Below, piece after piece: positions 47,628 to 57,981 of a DNA stretch of 64,000 bases. The DNA comes from Anaeromyxobacteraceae bacterium (GTDB lineage Bacteria > Myxococcota > Myxococcia > Myxococcales > Anaeromyxobacteraceae). The position numbers and the translations under genes were made by a program. Within the stretch, counting starts at the first letter, position 1; each line of letters starts with the position of its first letter. Location of the stretch: NCBI GenBank assembly GCA_047602405.1, contig JASGHJ010000002.1, positions 2,880,001 through 2,944,000 on the forward strand, read 5' to 3'. The notes under the pieces were generated by a model. The model worked only from the letters and a program-made list of their open reading frames with translations. It ran no database searches and was not told where the DNA came from.

Positions 47628-49472
47628 ATGGACGCGTGCGCGGCCAGCGAGATCGTCGGCGGAGTGCCTCCGGAGCTCGTGCCTCCGGAGCTCGCCCCGG
47701 CGGCTGCCTCGAACGACGCCGTCTCCGCGCAGGCCGCGAGCGGCATCACGCACCGCGACCCGCTCGGCGACCGCTGGGATCTCCGCGCGCCGCGGTGGGA
47801 TCTCCCGACCTTCACGCTGTTCGAGCTGCGCGAGCTCTGGCTGCGCGGCGACGGCGGCCTCGAGAAGTACGAACGCGCTCTCGCCCAGGGCGCTCGCATG
47901 CTGCGGGCCCTGCAGGTCAGCCGCGCCGCGGTGCTCGCCAAGTTCACGGAGGGTGACCGGCTCGCCCGGCTGGGCTTCTCGAGCCTCGGGGACTTCACCG
48001 AGAACCTCCTCGGCACCCGCCGGCGCGCCGCGCAGGTGGAGGTCCAGCTCTCGAAGGCGCTGCGGGAGCGGCCGCTCCTCAGGGCCGCGGTGCACGCCGG
48101 CACGGTGAGCCCGTCGGCGGCGCTCGCGGTCCTGCCGGTCACCCCCGGGGACGACGAGGCGCGCTGGGTCGAGCGCGCGGCCGAGCTGCCGGTCCGCAGG
48201 CTCAAGCAGGAGGTGAAGCGGGCGCTGAAGGAGCGGAAGGCGCTGCCGGGGCCCGACGCGGCGGAGGAGAAGAGGGAGGAGGACGAGGCGCCCTGGGTGC
48301 ACCTCGACGTGCCGATCTCGGATCGGGCCAGCGAGCGGCTCCACAAGGCCCTCGCCCTCGCCGGCGAGCTCGTCGAGAGCCCGCACCGGTTCGTCCAGCT
48401 CGAGGCGCTCGGGCAGGAGTTCCTCTCCGAGCACCCGGGCGACGAGTGGGACGTGAAGGGCGCGGAGCTCGCCCTCGATCGAAAGCTGCATCCCCTCGAC
48501 GTCCCGACGAAGCGGAACGCCGCGGAGGCGAAGCTCGAGTCCGAGACCTCTTCCTGGGAGTTCCTCGACCCCGTCGTCCCGGTGCCTTCGGTCGAGCTCG
48601 ACCCGCTCGACGCTGCCACCGACGACGACCTCTACGGCACGGCGCTCGGCCTCTCCCTGGAGATCAAGAGCTGGGAGGACCTCATCGGCTTCTGCTCGGC
48701 GGTCGTGAAGGGCGCCCGGCTCCACAAGGAGGCCGGCTTCGTCGACTTCCGTCACTACGCGACCGAGCGGCTCGGCGTCCCGGCCCGCACCATCGAGACC
48801 CGCGCCGCGCTCGAGAAGCACCTCTGGGAGAAGCCCGAGCTCAAGGTCGCCAAGGAGATGGGCCTCAGCTACTCGAAGCTGCTCCTCCTGAAGGAGGTCC
48901 CGCAGGACCAGATCCTGGAATTCGCGAAGCGGGCCGAGACCCTGACGGTGGTCGAGCTCAAGGAGGCCGTCCAGGCGCGGACCGACGCGCATATGTCTGC
49001 GTCGAAGCGGTTCCGGGTGTGGGTCCCCCGCCGGGTCGCCCTGCTGCTCCACCAGGCGTTCCTGGCCTCGTTGGCGCTTCCGGTTCCGCCGGAGGAGGCG
49101 GAGACCCCCCAATCCAGCACCCTGGACGGCGCCTTTCTCGGGAAGCTCGCGGACCACTTCATCGCGGTCTGGGGCGGCGACGTGATGGAGCCGAAGACGG
49201 TCTCCCAGAAGCAGCGCGCGAAGTACCCGCGCTGCTGCTTCCCCGGCTGCAGCCGCCGCAGCGACCACGGCCACCACATCGAGTTCCGCAGCCACGGCGG
49301 CTCGGAGGACGCCTGGAACCGCATGCCGCTCTGCGCCTTCCACCACCACGTCGTCGTCCACGGCGGCCACGCCACCATCACCGGCATCTTCCCCGACGCC
49401 GTCGAGTTCCGCGTGAACGGCGTCGTCTGGAAGGACGCGAAGTTCGGGCGAACGCGCGCGGAGCGGGTGTAG
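47628..49472 (+). CDS. HNH endonuclease with a duplicated DUF222-like N-terminal region
   Basis: C-terminal CCFPGC...HGHHIEFRSHGG...NRMPLCAFHH; two GF-x-(S/D)...(E)xLG...LS helical modules. Confidence 0.85.
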   Translation: MDACAASEIVGGVPPELVPPELAPAAASNDAVSAQAASGITHRDPLGDRWDLRAPRWDLPTFTLFELRELWLRGDGGLEKYERALAQGARMLRALQVSRAAVLAKFTEGDRLARLGFSSLGDFTENLLGTRRRAAQVEVQLSKALRERPLLRAAVHAGTVSPSAALAVLPVTPGDDEARWVERAAELPVRRLKQEVKRALKERKALPGPDAAEEKREEDEAPWVHLDVPISDRASERLHKALALAGELVESPHRFVQLEALGQEFLSEHPGDEWDVKGAELALDRKLHPLDVPTKRNAAEAKLESETSSWEFLDPVVPVPSVELDPLDAATDDDLYGTALGLSLEIKSWEDLIGFCSAVVKGARLHKEAGFVDFRHYATERLGVPARTIETRAALEKHLWEKPELKVAKEMGLSYSKLLLLKEVPQDQILEFAKRAETLTVVELKEAVQARTDAHMSASKRFRVWVPRRVALLLHQAFLASLALPVPPEEAETPQSSTLDGAFLGKLADHFIAVWGGDVMEPKTVSQKQRAKYPRCCFPGCSRRSDHGHHIEFRSHGGSEDAWNRMPLCAFHHHVVVHGGHATITGIFPDAVEFRVNGVVWKDAKFGRTRAERV

Positions 49473-49492
49473 CGACGTCCGACCGCCCGCCG

Positions 49493-49816
49493 CTACGAGA
49501 CGACCGCCACCGGCCCGAGCATCGCGGTCATGAACCGCGTCGCGTCCTCGAGCATGTGCTCCGAGAACGCGAGGCCGGCGCGGTACGGCGGGTCGCGCGT
49601 GGACCAGGCGATGTTGGCCATCCCGGCCACCTCGAACGGCACGATCTCGGACCGGAGGCGCACGCGCACCATCGTGTCGCGCGGGATGGGCATGAGGAGC
49701 TGCACGCGGCAACCGCCCGCGCCGAGGTCGTCCGCCTGGCAGGTCTGCAGCTGCCCCTGCACCGACAGCTCGACGGCGAAGGCGGCCTGGTAACGGCGAA
49801 AACGTCTCGGCTCCAC
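49493..49816 (-). CDS. PilZ domain protein
   Basis: RRFRR (RxxxR) and DLGAGG motifs, GLAF near the end; GTG start. Confidence 0.8.
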   Translation of the reverse strand: MEPRRFRRYQAAFAVELSVQGQLQTCQADDLGAGGCRVQLLMPIPRDTMVRVRLRSEIVPFEVAGMANIAWSTRDPPYRAGLAFSEHMLEDATRFMTAMLGPVAVVS

Positions 49817-49944
49817 GGATCCCCCGGCGAGCCTTATAGCCCACCCTGCCTGGCCCCGGAGCCCCGCGTCCGCGGGGCCTCGAAGGCTCCGGGACCATGG
49901 CCGACCGCGGGGGGCTCCGGAGGGCGGACTGCCTCGACGACCCG

Positions 49945-51246
49945 CTACAGGAACGCGAGCCGGCCGTAGTCCGAGCCCAGGCTCTGGTTCGTCATGGCGG
50001 ACGACTGCCCGAGCCACCGGTCGAGGATGGTGGCGTACACCGACCGGAAGTCGAGCGTCATCACCATGTTCTTGTTCGCATCCGGCTTGGCGAGGTCCGG
50101 GTAGGTCCCGTACATGCCGCCGGTCACGGAGCGACCGACGCAGAACGCCAGGCCGGCCGTGCCGTGGTCGGTCCCGCCGTCGTTCTCGGGGATGCGCCGG
50201 CCGAACTCGCTGTAGGCGAAGATCATCGTGCGCGCCTGGGCGTTGCCGTCGGGCGTCTCGATGCTCGCGAGGTCCTCGTAGAACGACCGGATCGCGCCGC
50301 CGAGCTGCCGCATCAGCTGCGGGTGATCGCGGAGCTGGTTGGAGTGGGTGTCCCAGCCTCCGATCCGGGCGAAGAAGACCTCCGTGCCGAGGTTCGCCGC
50401 GATCATCTGCGCGATCAGCTTGAGGCGGCCGGCGAGGCCGCCCGACACGCCGGCGATCCGGTAGCCCTGATCGCCGGGGTAGAGCACCTGCGGGGTGCGA
50501 ACCGGCAGCGAGCCGTCCGCACCGAACCGGTTCTGCGCCTCGTAGAACAGGTTCCCGGTGGACTTCGCCGCGTCGTAGCTCGGCGAGCCGGCCTGCGCCG
50601 CCGTCACGGCCGCCAGCCACTGCTGCTCGAGCACGTCGGGCTGGAAGGTGCTCCCGAGGCGGCCACCCCGGAGGCGCGAGGGATAGACGAACCCGGACGC
50701 CCCGGAGATCGAGACGAAGCTCTTGTCTGCGCCGCGGAACATGAGCGGCACGTCCCCGGTCACCGTGATGCCGCGGAGCGCGTCGTTGGCGCTGAACGCG
50801 GTGTCGGCGTAGCGCCCGAGCCAGCCGGTGTTGTCCGGCTGCGCGCGCCCCTGGCCCCAGAGGTCGTTCGCCTCGAAGTGCGAGAGGTTCGGCTTCGGCA
50901 TGCCGATGCCGGGGAACCAGGCCACGCGGCCGCGCGCGTGCAGATCGGCGAAGCCCGTCAGGTCGTCGTGGATGCCTGCGTCCTGGTCCCCGAGGTCGTA
51001 CGCCTGGCTCGTGAGGATCTTGAGGTTGGGGCGCGCCGCCTCGTACGCCGCGCGGTTCGCGCCCTTCATCGGGATCATCATGTTGAGCCAGTCGTTCCCG
51101 CCGTCGATGAAGACGACGACGAGGATCGGCTTCGCGGGGATCGGGAGCGCCGGCTCGCGCTCGACCCGCGTGGCGCTGCAGCCCGCGGCAGCGGCGAGGC
51201 CCGCCGCCCCCACACCCTGGATGAACTCGCGTCGAGTGATGGCCAT
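49945..51246 (-). CDS. DUF1501 family Tat-exported protein
   Basis: TRREFI Tat motif, GGNDWLN, SHF, GGWDTH, SEFGRR, GTDHG, DFRSVY. Confidence 0.9.
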   Translation of the reverse strand: MAITRREFIQGVGAAGLAAAAGCSATRVEREPALPIPAKPILVVVFIDGGNDWLNMMIPMKGANRAAYEAARPNLKILTSQAYDLGDQDAGIHDDLTGFADLHARGRVAWFPGIGMPKPNLSHFEANDLWGQGRAQPDNTGWLGRYADTAFSANDALRGITVTGDVPLMFRGADKSFVSISGASGFVYPSRLRGGRLGSTFQPDVLEQQWLAAVTAAQAGSPSYDAAKSTGNLFYEAQNRFGADGSLPVRTPQVLYPGDQGYRIAGVSGGLAGRLKLIAQMIAANLGTEVFFARIGGWDTHSNQLRDHPQLMRQLGGAIRSFYEDLASIETPDGNAQARTMIFAYSEFGRRIPENDGGTDHGTAGLAFCVGRSVTGGMYGTYPDLAKPDANKNMVMTLDFRSVYATILDRWLGQSSAMTNQSLGSDYGRLAFL

Positions 51247-51256
51247 GGCGGTCTCC

Positions 51257-52889
51257 CTAGTAGAGCTGCCCGCCAGGCGAGCAGAGGATGAGGAAGGCGA
51301 GGCGCCGCGCGGAGGCCTTGTCGGCGTCGTTCCAGTTGCCCCAGGCGCCCGGCCAGAGCGCGGACAGCCAGCTCGCGGCGACGGCCGACGGGATGAGGCC
51401 CGGCTGGAGCAGCGCCTTCAGCCGGTCGTAGACCTGGCTCGGCGAGGTCGGGGGCGTGGGGAACCAGGCGTCCGGGCTCGAGGGGAAGAGGGTCACCGGC
51501 GTGCCGTTCTGGTCAGCGGTCTCGGCGAGCGCCACCGCCGCGGCGAGCTTCGTCCGGTAGCGATAGGTGTTCGAGCTCAGCCAGGCGACGTCCTCCTTCC
51601 AGCCGTTCGGGCCGTTGGGATCGAGGAGCCGCATGCCCATGTCGTCGAAGTAGGGCGTGGCGAGCACCCAGGACGGGAAGCGCCCCGCCGCCGCGGTGGC
51701 GCCGGCGAGGTCGTAGCCCAGGAGCCGTGCGGCACGGACCGCCCAGGAGACGGGTCCCTCGACCAGGCCGAGCTGGTTCGCGTAGAAGTAGTTCGACTTG
51801 AGCAACAGCTTCATGATCGCCCGCATGTCGTAGCCGGCCGTGTAGATGAGCCCCGCGAGGTCGTCGACGTCCGCCTGCGTGAACTGCGTCGTGACGAAGT
51901 GCCGGAGGAGGCGAGCCGCGAGGAACCGGGCGGACTGCTTGATCGTCGCCTCGGTCGGCTTCGAGAGGATCGCGCGGATCAGCTCCTCGCCCTTCTCCAT
52001 GCCGGCGGGCGGCACCTCCGCCTGGAAGCTCCCGCCCAGGAAGGTCAGGCTCGGGGCGGTCCCGGGGTTCCGGCGCATGTTGGGGAGGTTCGCCTGGTTC
52101 TCGCCGCCGAGGTCCCAGCGAAGGTGGCCCGCCGGCGTGGCACGGCCGTCGTAGACCGCGAACGTCCCCTTCGCGATCCGGCGGTTGTTGGTGTTGCCCG
52201 GCTCCGCCGAGACGTCCGCCGGGTCCACCGTGAAGCTCCAGCCCGCCAGGGCGACCGCCAGCTCCGAGATGTCGGGCTGGTTGTAGATGGTGTCCACGCC
52301 CACCGAGTACAGCTCGAGCACCTCGCGGGCGTAGTTCTCGTTGGGCACGCGCGTACCGCTCGCGTTGTTGCGGACCGAGTCCAGCCGAGATCGCCATGGC
52401 CGGGTCCTTCGAGACGGCCACGAGGAGATCGCCGAACGGATCCAGCCCGCGGGCGCCCAGCATGTCCCACTGGTTCACCATGAGGGCGACGTTGTCGACC
52501 TTGTGCTGGCCGGTGGCGAAGAGGTTGTGCCAGAAGAGCGCCATCCGCTCGCGGAACGGGTACGCGGTGTACTGCATGCGGAAGGCGATGAACGCCTGGG
52601 CGCGCTCCAGGTCGTTGCGCCACGCGTGCGCGACGCCGCCCACGCGGTAGGGGTGAGGCCCGGTGTCGGTGTCGTCCTCGCGGATGGGATCCGCCACGGC
52701 GAGCGCGTTCGCCGGGATGTCGGCGGCCCCGGTGCCGTCCACCCAGGCATCCACGAGCGCGGCGGTCGAGCCGAACGTCCCCAGGTAGGCGTCGGCCTGC
52801 TCCGGCGTCATGCCGAAGCCCGCGCGACGGGCCAGGTGCAACACCTCGTCGCGGGTCCACGCGGTGCTCTTCGGGTTCAGATCGGCCAT
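51257..52889 (-). CDS. DUF1800 family protein; +1 frameshift near 52390
   Basis: HLARRAGFG, ERMALFWHNLFAT, DPAM(AIWLD), PNENYAREVLELYSVG, PNGW. Confidence 0.9.
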
Positions 52890-52920
52890 GCGCGATCCTC
52901 CTCGTGCGTCGAAGCTTCGG

Positions 52921-53430
52921 TCAGCGGGGTGCGCCCTGCTCGATCCACGCGCCCAGCGTGTCGATCGTGGCCGGGCAGAGCGGACTCGTTCCCGTCGGCA
53001 TGCGACCGCCGTAGCTCGCCTCGTCGGCCGGCTCGTTCGTCACCTTGAAGTAGATCCAGGACTTCGAGGTGTCGAAGGGCTTGATGAGGAGGTAGCCGGG
53101 CGGTGAGCCGGAGGGGGCCACGTCGACGATGTCGTCGTAGACGTCGTCCGCGGTGCGGCCCGCGTGCGTCGCCCACTCGATCTTGCCCTTCGGCAACACC
53201 CCGCCGGACGGAGGGCCGTGACACGTCGTGGACTTGGAGCCGCAGCTCGACTGCATGGCGGGGAGGATGTGCGCCGCGAAGGTCGGGTTCGGAATCCCCC
53301 CCGGCGCCGCGGGCCCCGCGAGGATGGGGCACGTGAACTCGGGTGTCTGCGCGCCGGACCCGGAGTCGGATGGCGAGCAGGCGGCCAGCGAGAGGGACGC
53401 GGCGAGGGCCAGGCGTGAAAGCGCGTTCAT
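52921..53430 (-). CDS. lipoprotein with a CX6CH motif (possible cytochrome c-like)
   Basis: Lipobox LAAC; PTFAAHILP, CGSKSTTCHG, GRMP, WIEQGA. Confidence 0.75.
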   Translation of the reverse strand: MNALSRLALAASLSLAACSPSDSGSGAQTPEFTCPILAGPAAPGGIPNPTFAAHILPAMQSSCGSKSTTCHGPPSGGVLPKGKIEWATHAGRTADDVYDDIVDVAPSGSPPGYLLIKPFDTSKSWIYFKVTNEPADEASYGGRMPTGTSPLCPATIDTLGAWIEQGAPR

Positions 53431-53564
53431 CGGATGGTCTGGGTGCGATTGATCCGTATCACGACGGAAAGTGAATCGCGATGTGGGCGGACAACCACCT
53501 CGGCCCCGACCCGGGGGAGGTAACCCGTGACCATGTCTGTCGGTGAGGGGCCGGTCCGCGGAGG

Positions 53565-54770
53565 CTACGGGGCCGCGAAGGCCCGCGCGGGCTTCCCGAG
53601 CAGGTAGCCCTGGAGGAGGTCGACCTCGAGCCCGGCGAGCGCCTCGCGCTCGGCCTCCGACTCGATGCCTTCCGCCACGACGAGGATGCCGAGGTCGTGC
53701 GAGGCCCGCGTGATGGACCCGACGAGCTTCTTCCGCACCGGGTCGGTCTCCACGCCGCGCACGAGCGACATGTCGATCTTCACGACCTCGGGGCGCAGCC
53801 GCGCGAACGAGGCGAGGCCGGCGAACCCGGCGCCGAGGTCGTCGACCGCGATGCGGAACCCGAGCCCGCGCAGGACGTCGAGCCGGGGGCCGAGGTCCTT
53901 CACGTCGGAGAGCGACGCGCGCTCGGTGATCTCGAGCACCACCCGGCGGGCCTGCTTCGAGAGCGGCGCCTCCTCGTCGTAGAGGTCCGGGTCGTCGAGG
54001 TCGAGCGGGTGGAGGTTCACGAACGCCACCACGCCCTCGGGGATGTGCTGGAGGCCGGCGGCGACGGCCTGGCGGACCGAGCGGCCGAGGTCGTTCAGGC
54101 GGTTGAGCTGCTCCGCCGCCAGGATGAAGTGGTCGGGGCGCGCGAGCGACGGCTCGTCGGTGCGGAGCAGCGCCTCGTAGGCGAAGACCTCGCCCGAGCG
54201 CCAGTCGGTCACCGGCTGGTAGGCCATCCAGCGCGCCGCGAGCGCCCGCTCGAAGCGCTCCTCGAGCTCGACCCGGGCGCGGACGCCGGCGCGGGCGGCC
54301 TCCTCGCCCACGAGGCGGAACGCCTGCTCGCGGGCCACCGCGAGGCGGTAGGTGCGCACGGCGTCGGAGACGGCCTCGGTGAGCTCGTCGGTGCCCACCG
54401 GCTTCTGCAGGTAGCGGAACGCGCCGGCCTCGACGGCCTGGATCGCGGACTGGAGGTCGGCGGAGCCGGTCGCGAGCACCACCGGCACGTCCGGGGCGAG
54501 CTCGTGCACGACCCGCAGCACGCCGAAGCCGTCGAGCCCGGCCATCCGGATGTCGGTGATGACGGCCTCGAAGTGATCGCGGGCGAGGAGCCCGGACAGC
54601 TCGCGGGACTCCTCGAGGATCTCGACGGCGAAGCCCGCCGCCTTGAGGATGCGTCGCCACGAGTGGAGGACGAGCTGGTCGTCGTCCACGAGCAGCACCC
54701 GCCCCTTCGACTGGGCGTGGGCGCCGGAGGCGGCCGCTTTGCTGCTGGTCTTGGTACTGGGGGGCGTCAT
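53565..54770 (-). CDS. response regulator with an EAL c-di-GMP phosphodiesterase domain
   Basis: REC VLLVDDD, DIRM, QKP; EAL YQP, YEALLR, LEITE, DDLGAG, KID, VAEGIE, QGY. Confidence 0.92.
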   Translation of the reverse strand: MTPPSTKTSSKAAASGAHAQSKGRVLLVDDDQLVLHSWRRILKAAGFAVEILEESRELSGLLARDHFEAVITDIRMAGLDGFGVLRVVHELAPDVPVVLATGSADLQSAIQAVEAGAFRYLQKPVGTDELTEAVSDAVRTYRLAVAREQAFRLVGEEAARAGVRARVELEERFERALAARWMAYQPVTDWRSGEVFAYEALLRTDEPSLARPDHFILAAEQLNRLNDLGRSVRQAVAAGLQHIPEGVVAFVNLHPLDLDDPDLYDEEAPLSKQARRVVLEITERASLSDVKDLGPRLDVLRGLGFRIAVDDLGAGFAGLASFARLRPEVVKIDMSLVRGVETDPVRKKLVGSITRASHDLGILVVAEGIESEAEREALAGLEVDLLQGYLLGKPARAFAAP

Positions 54771-55078
54771 GGGTGGCGCGGCTCCGCCGGGCCCAATGTG
54801 CGAGTTCCGGGCCACGGTGTCCACCCCGGCCCGTCCCCGGACCGCGCGTCGCTGCGCCGGCCAATCCTGCCCGCAAGATATCGACGCCACGGCAGGATCT
54901 GCCGCACCCACCCGCCGCCCGGCGGCGCCCCCCGCGCCGGAGGCCCACGCCGGGAGGGGGGTCGGCGGCACCCCGAGGCGCGGCGAAACCCGGGCGATCG
55001 ACCTGCCCCGGGGCGCACGCCCTGCGGGCCGGTCAGCGGGTGTTGCGGACGAGCCCTCCGAGACGCCCGACCTCCCGA

Positions 55079-55762
55079 TCAGCGGGAGATCTGCGCCCAG
55101 GAGATCGCGTAGTCGTTGTCGTCGATCGCGACCGAGCAGCCGCGGCGCCAGTCACCCCAGCGGTCGTCGTCGTGGTCGTCCTTGTGGTCGCCGTCCTTCT
55201 TCTTCGGCGGCGGCACCCGGCGCAGGCAGGCGCCGAAGGTGTACGTGCCGGCGCCCGGGATGGCGGTGGCGACGATCGGGTAGCCGTGGCGCGTGTGGCC
55301 GACGTCGACGTTCTGGAACACGTCGGGCACGAGCGGCGCGGGGGCGGCGTCCTTCCTCGCGAGGCAGAAGGTGAGCGACACCTCGACCTCGCCCGAGCGC
55401 GTCCCGAGCGCGAGCGTGCCGGAGGCGGTGATGCGCTGGCCCTCGAGGAGGCCCACGGCGGCGGTGGGGCCGACGAAGACGAAGTCCTTCGCGTCGTCGC
55501 GGCCGATCGCGGCGATGCTGCCGGCGAGCGACACGGTGTCGACGATGGCGGTGGCGCCCTGCGGGCCGACGTCACCCTGGAGGCCTTGCGGCCCCGGCAC
55601 GCCCTCGAGGCCCTGCGGGCCGGTGTCGCCCTTCGGGCCCTGCGGCCCGGTGGGCCCGGTGGGCCCCTGGACCGCCACCGTGGCGGCCGACGAGCCGGTC
55701 TTCGTGCTCGAGCCGCACGCCGTGAGGACGGCGAGCGCGGCGAGCGTCGCGATGAGGCGCAA
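55079..55762 (-). CDS. collagen-like lipoprotein
   Basis: Lipobox LTAC; about 13 G-X-Y triplets; start (TTG) uncertain. Confidence 0.75.
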   Translation of the reverse strand: MRLIATLAALAVLTACGSSTKTGSSAATVAVQGPTGPTGPQGPKGDTGPQGLEGVPGPQGLQGDVGPQGATAIVDTVSLAGSIAAIGRDDAKDFVFVGPTAAVGLLEGQRITASGTLALGTRSGEVEVSLTFCLARKDAAPAPLVPDVFQNVDVGHTRHGYPIVATAIPGAGTYTFGACLRRVPPPKKKDGDHKDDHDDDRWGDWRRGCSVAIDDNDYAISWAQISR

Positions 55763-55886
55763 GATGGTGTTCCCCCTGAGGCCCAGGATGGTACCCCACC
55801 GGCGGGGGTGTGCGGTGGCCCCCGACGGCGCCACACCCCCCGGGGCTCGCGGGGCGCCTCCCTCGAATCCTGGGACAGCAAGGCCC

Positions 55887-56705
55887 TCAGTCGTCGAGGC
55901 CGTGCTGCTCGAGCGCCCGCGCCGCCTCGGACCGCGAGTCCGGATTCACGGTCAGCTCATAGGCGCGCAGCCGCTGGTACGCCGCGTAGCTCGCGTCCTG
56001 CCACGCGACGGCGAGGCCGCGCCAGCCGTCGAGGCACGCGAGCCGGAAGAGGTAGTCGCGGACGAACGCCGCGAGGAACACGAGCGGGAGCGCCCAGACG
56101 CCCGGGGGCCTCCCGGCGTCCACGCGGGTCTGCGCCTTGAGCTCGCCGTAGCGCAGCGTCTTCAGCGATTGGTGCACGAGCGTGGGGCTCTGGTGGTGCA
56201 GGAACGGCGCGCGCAGGGTCTCGACCGGGCCGCCGAACACCATGGTCTCGTGCACGCGCACGTCGGTCCAGCGCGCGCGGCCCCGGTGGTAGAGCCGGCC
56301 CTGCTTCTCGCCCACGAGCGGCCGGTAGAAGCGCATGGGCCTGCCCATGTAGGAGGCCGAGCGGAGCAGCCACGCGCCCGCCTTCCGCTCCGCCTCGAGC
56401 GCCGGGAGCCGCGCCTCGATCTCCGCCGCGAGCGCGGGCGAGAGCTCCTCGTCGGCGTCGAGGAAGAGGATCCAGTCGTTCCGGGCGAGCGTCGAGGCGT
56501 GGTTCCGCTGCGGCCCGAAGCCGAGCCAGGGCTGGTCGACCACCCGCGCGCCGTGCGCCACGGCGACGTCGCGGGTGCGGTCCCGCGAGCCGGAGTCGAC
56601 CACGATCTTCTCGTCGGCGAACGGCACCGAGTCGAGGCAGCGCCCGAGCTGGTGCGCCTCGTTGCGGGCCATGACGAGCAGGGTGAGCGGGATCCGCGCC
56701 ATCAC
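55887..56705 (-). CDS. GT2 glycosyltransferase (WaaE/KdtX-like)
   Basis: VVDSGSRDRT, WLGFGPQRN, WILFLDADE, VHE. Confidence 0.9.
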   Translation of the reverse strand: MMARIPLTLLVMARNEAHQLGRCLDSVPFADEKIVVDSGSRDRTRDVAVAHGARVVDQPWLGFGPQRNHASTLARNDWILFLDADEELSPALAAEIEARLPALEAERKAGAWLLRSASYMGRPMRFYRPLVGEKQGRLYHRGRARWTDVRVHETMVFGGPVETLRAPFLHHQSPTLVHQSLKTLRYGELKAQTRVDAGRPPGVWALPLVFLAAFVRDYLFRLACLDGWRGLAVAWQDASYAAYQRLRAYELTVNPDSRSEAARALEQHGLDD

Positions 56706-56720
56706 CGGCTCCAGGACATG

Positions 56721-56754
56721 AAAAAGCCCCGCAGCTGGACGAGGGCTGCGGGGC
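56721..56754 (-). terminator. intrinsic terminator downstream of tRNA-Glu
   Basis: GCCCCGCAGC-loop-GCTGCGGGGC followed by TTTTT on the minus strand. Confidence 0.8.
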
Positions 56755-56760
56755 CGATGC

Positions 56761-56835
<75 letters not shown>

Positions 56836-56850
56836 ATTTTTCGAGCCCTG

Positions 56851-56879
56851 CTTCTACCCGCGGGCGCTGCGGCAGTCAA
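56851..56879 (-). promoter_or_regulatory. possible sigma70 promoter for tRNA-Glu
   Basis: TTGACT-17 nt-TAGAAG. Confidence 0.45.
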
Positions 56880-56907
56880 CGCCGGGATGCGGGGTGGGAC
56901 ATTACAG

Positions 56908-56978
56908 CTGGGGGACAAGGATTCGAACCTTGATAGCCAGATCCAGAGACTGGCGTCCTGCCGTTAGACGATCCCCCA
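56908..56978 (-). tRNA. tRNA-Gln (CTG)
   Basis: TGGGGGA acceptor stem, loop CT-CTG-GA, GGTTCGAATCC; CCA not encoded. Confidence 0.95.
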
Positions 56979-57041
56979 ATCTCGTTCCGGACGCTCAGCG
57001 GCCCGGCTGCTGCTGCGCTGCTGCGCTACCTCTCTGCTGCT

Positions 57042-57401
57042 CTACTGCTTCTTCTCCGGCTCCTCGGCGATCACGACGAAGACCCTCGTCTCGCCGCGGA
57101 GCTCGTAGACGTTCAACCCTTCCCACCTGCCCGGCTTCGCGTCCGGGTTCTCGATGTGCACGGCCTTCACGGCGGGAAGATCCGCGATCGGCCGCCGCCG
57201 GTACCTCGGTCCGTAGACCTGGCGGTAGAACTTCAGCGTCTCCTCGAAGCCCCGGCCGACCTTGTACCGGCGGTCCGCCACCTTCACGGCGTCGTCCGGG
57301 AGCGTGGCCCCGGCGACCTCGGTGGCGAGCGCCGCGCCCGGCAGGAGCGCGAGGAACGCAACAAGCGCGGCCTTGTAGCGCGTGGCGGCGTGCATCGTCA
57401 A
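57042..57401 (-). CDS. secreted hypothetical protein
   Basis: Signal peptide ALA/TE; coding-like codon usage. Confidence 0.7.
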   Translation of the reverse strand: MTMHAATRYKAALVAFLALLPGAALATEVAGATLPDDAVKVADRRYKVGRGFEETLKFYRQVYGPRYRRRPIADLPAVKAVHIENPDAKPGRWEGLNVYELRGETRVFVVIAEEPEKKQ

Positions 57402-57432
57402 GGGTCCCGTGTACCCGTCCCGGACCGCCCCG

Positions 57433-57981
57433 TCAACGCCAGACCCCGTAGGCCTTCCCCTTGTGGCCGGCCTCGCGGAGCACGAGCTCCCCGCGCTTCC
57501 AGGCGGCGGCCGCCTTCGGGCCGATCCAGCTGCCCTTCGGCTCGCTCCGGCGCCAGCTCTTCTTGAACAGGGTCGTGATCTCGTCGAACACCGACCGCAG
57601 GCCGCGGGGCTTCCCCTTGCGGTCGGTCGGGTCGTCGCTGACGTCGAGCTCGGCCCAGAGCCGGCCCTGGACGAGCTCGCCCTTCTCGTTCGGCACCGAG
57701 CGCTCGTAGTGGAAGACCGGCGACGGGATCTCCTCGATGACGAGCATCCCGCGGTCCGGGCCGCGCTTCACCGGGTGGACGATCACCGGCCCGAGGCGCT
57801 CGGCCGCCATGTACCAGCTCGAGGCGTCGCCGAGGCGCTCGACGGAGTCCTCGTGCACGGGGATCGGCGCGAAGCCGGGGGGGATGAGCTCGGGGTAGAG
57901 CGTGAGCTCGCGCCGCGCGAGGACGCGGAACAGCGCGCGCTCGTCGTCGGGCAGCATGAAGTAGAAGATGGTGGCGGCCAT
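57433..57981 (-). CDS. hypothetical protein
   Basis: Abuts the upstream stop; GC3-rich codons. Confidence 0.7.
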   Translation of the reverse strand: MAATIFYFMLPDDERALFRVLARRELTLYPELIPPGFAPIPVHEDSVERLGDASSWYMAAERLGPVIVHPVKRGPDRGMLVIEEIPSPVFHYERSVPNEKGELVQGRLWAELDVSDDPTDRKGKPRGLRSVFDEITTLFKKSWRRSEPKGSWIGPKAAAAWKRGELVLREAGHKGKAYGVWR

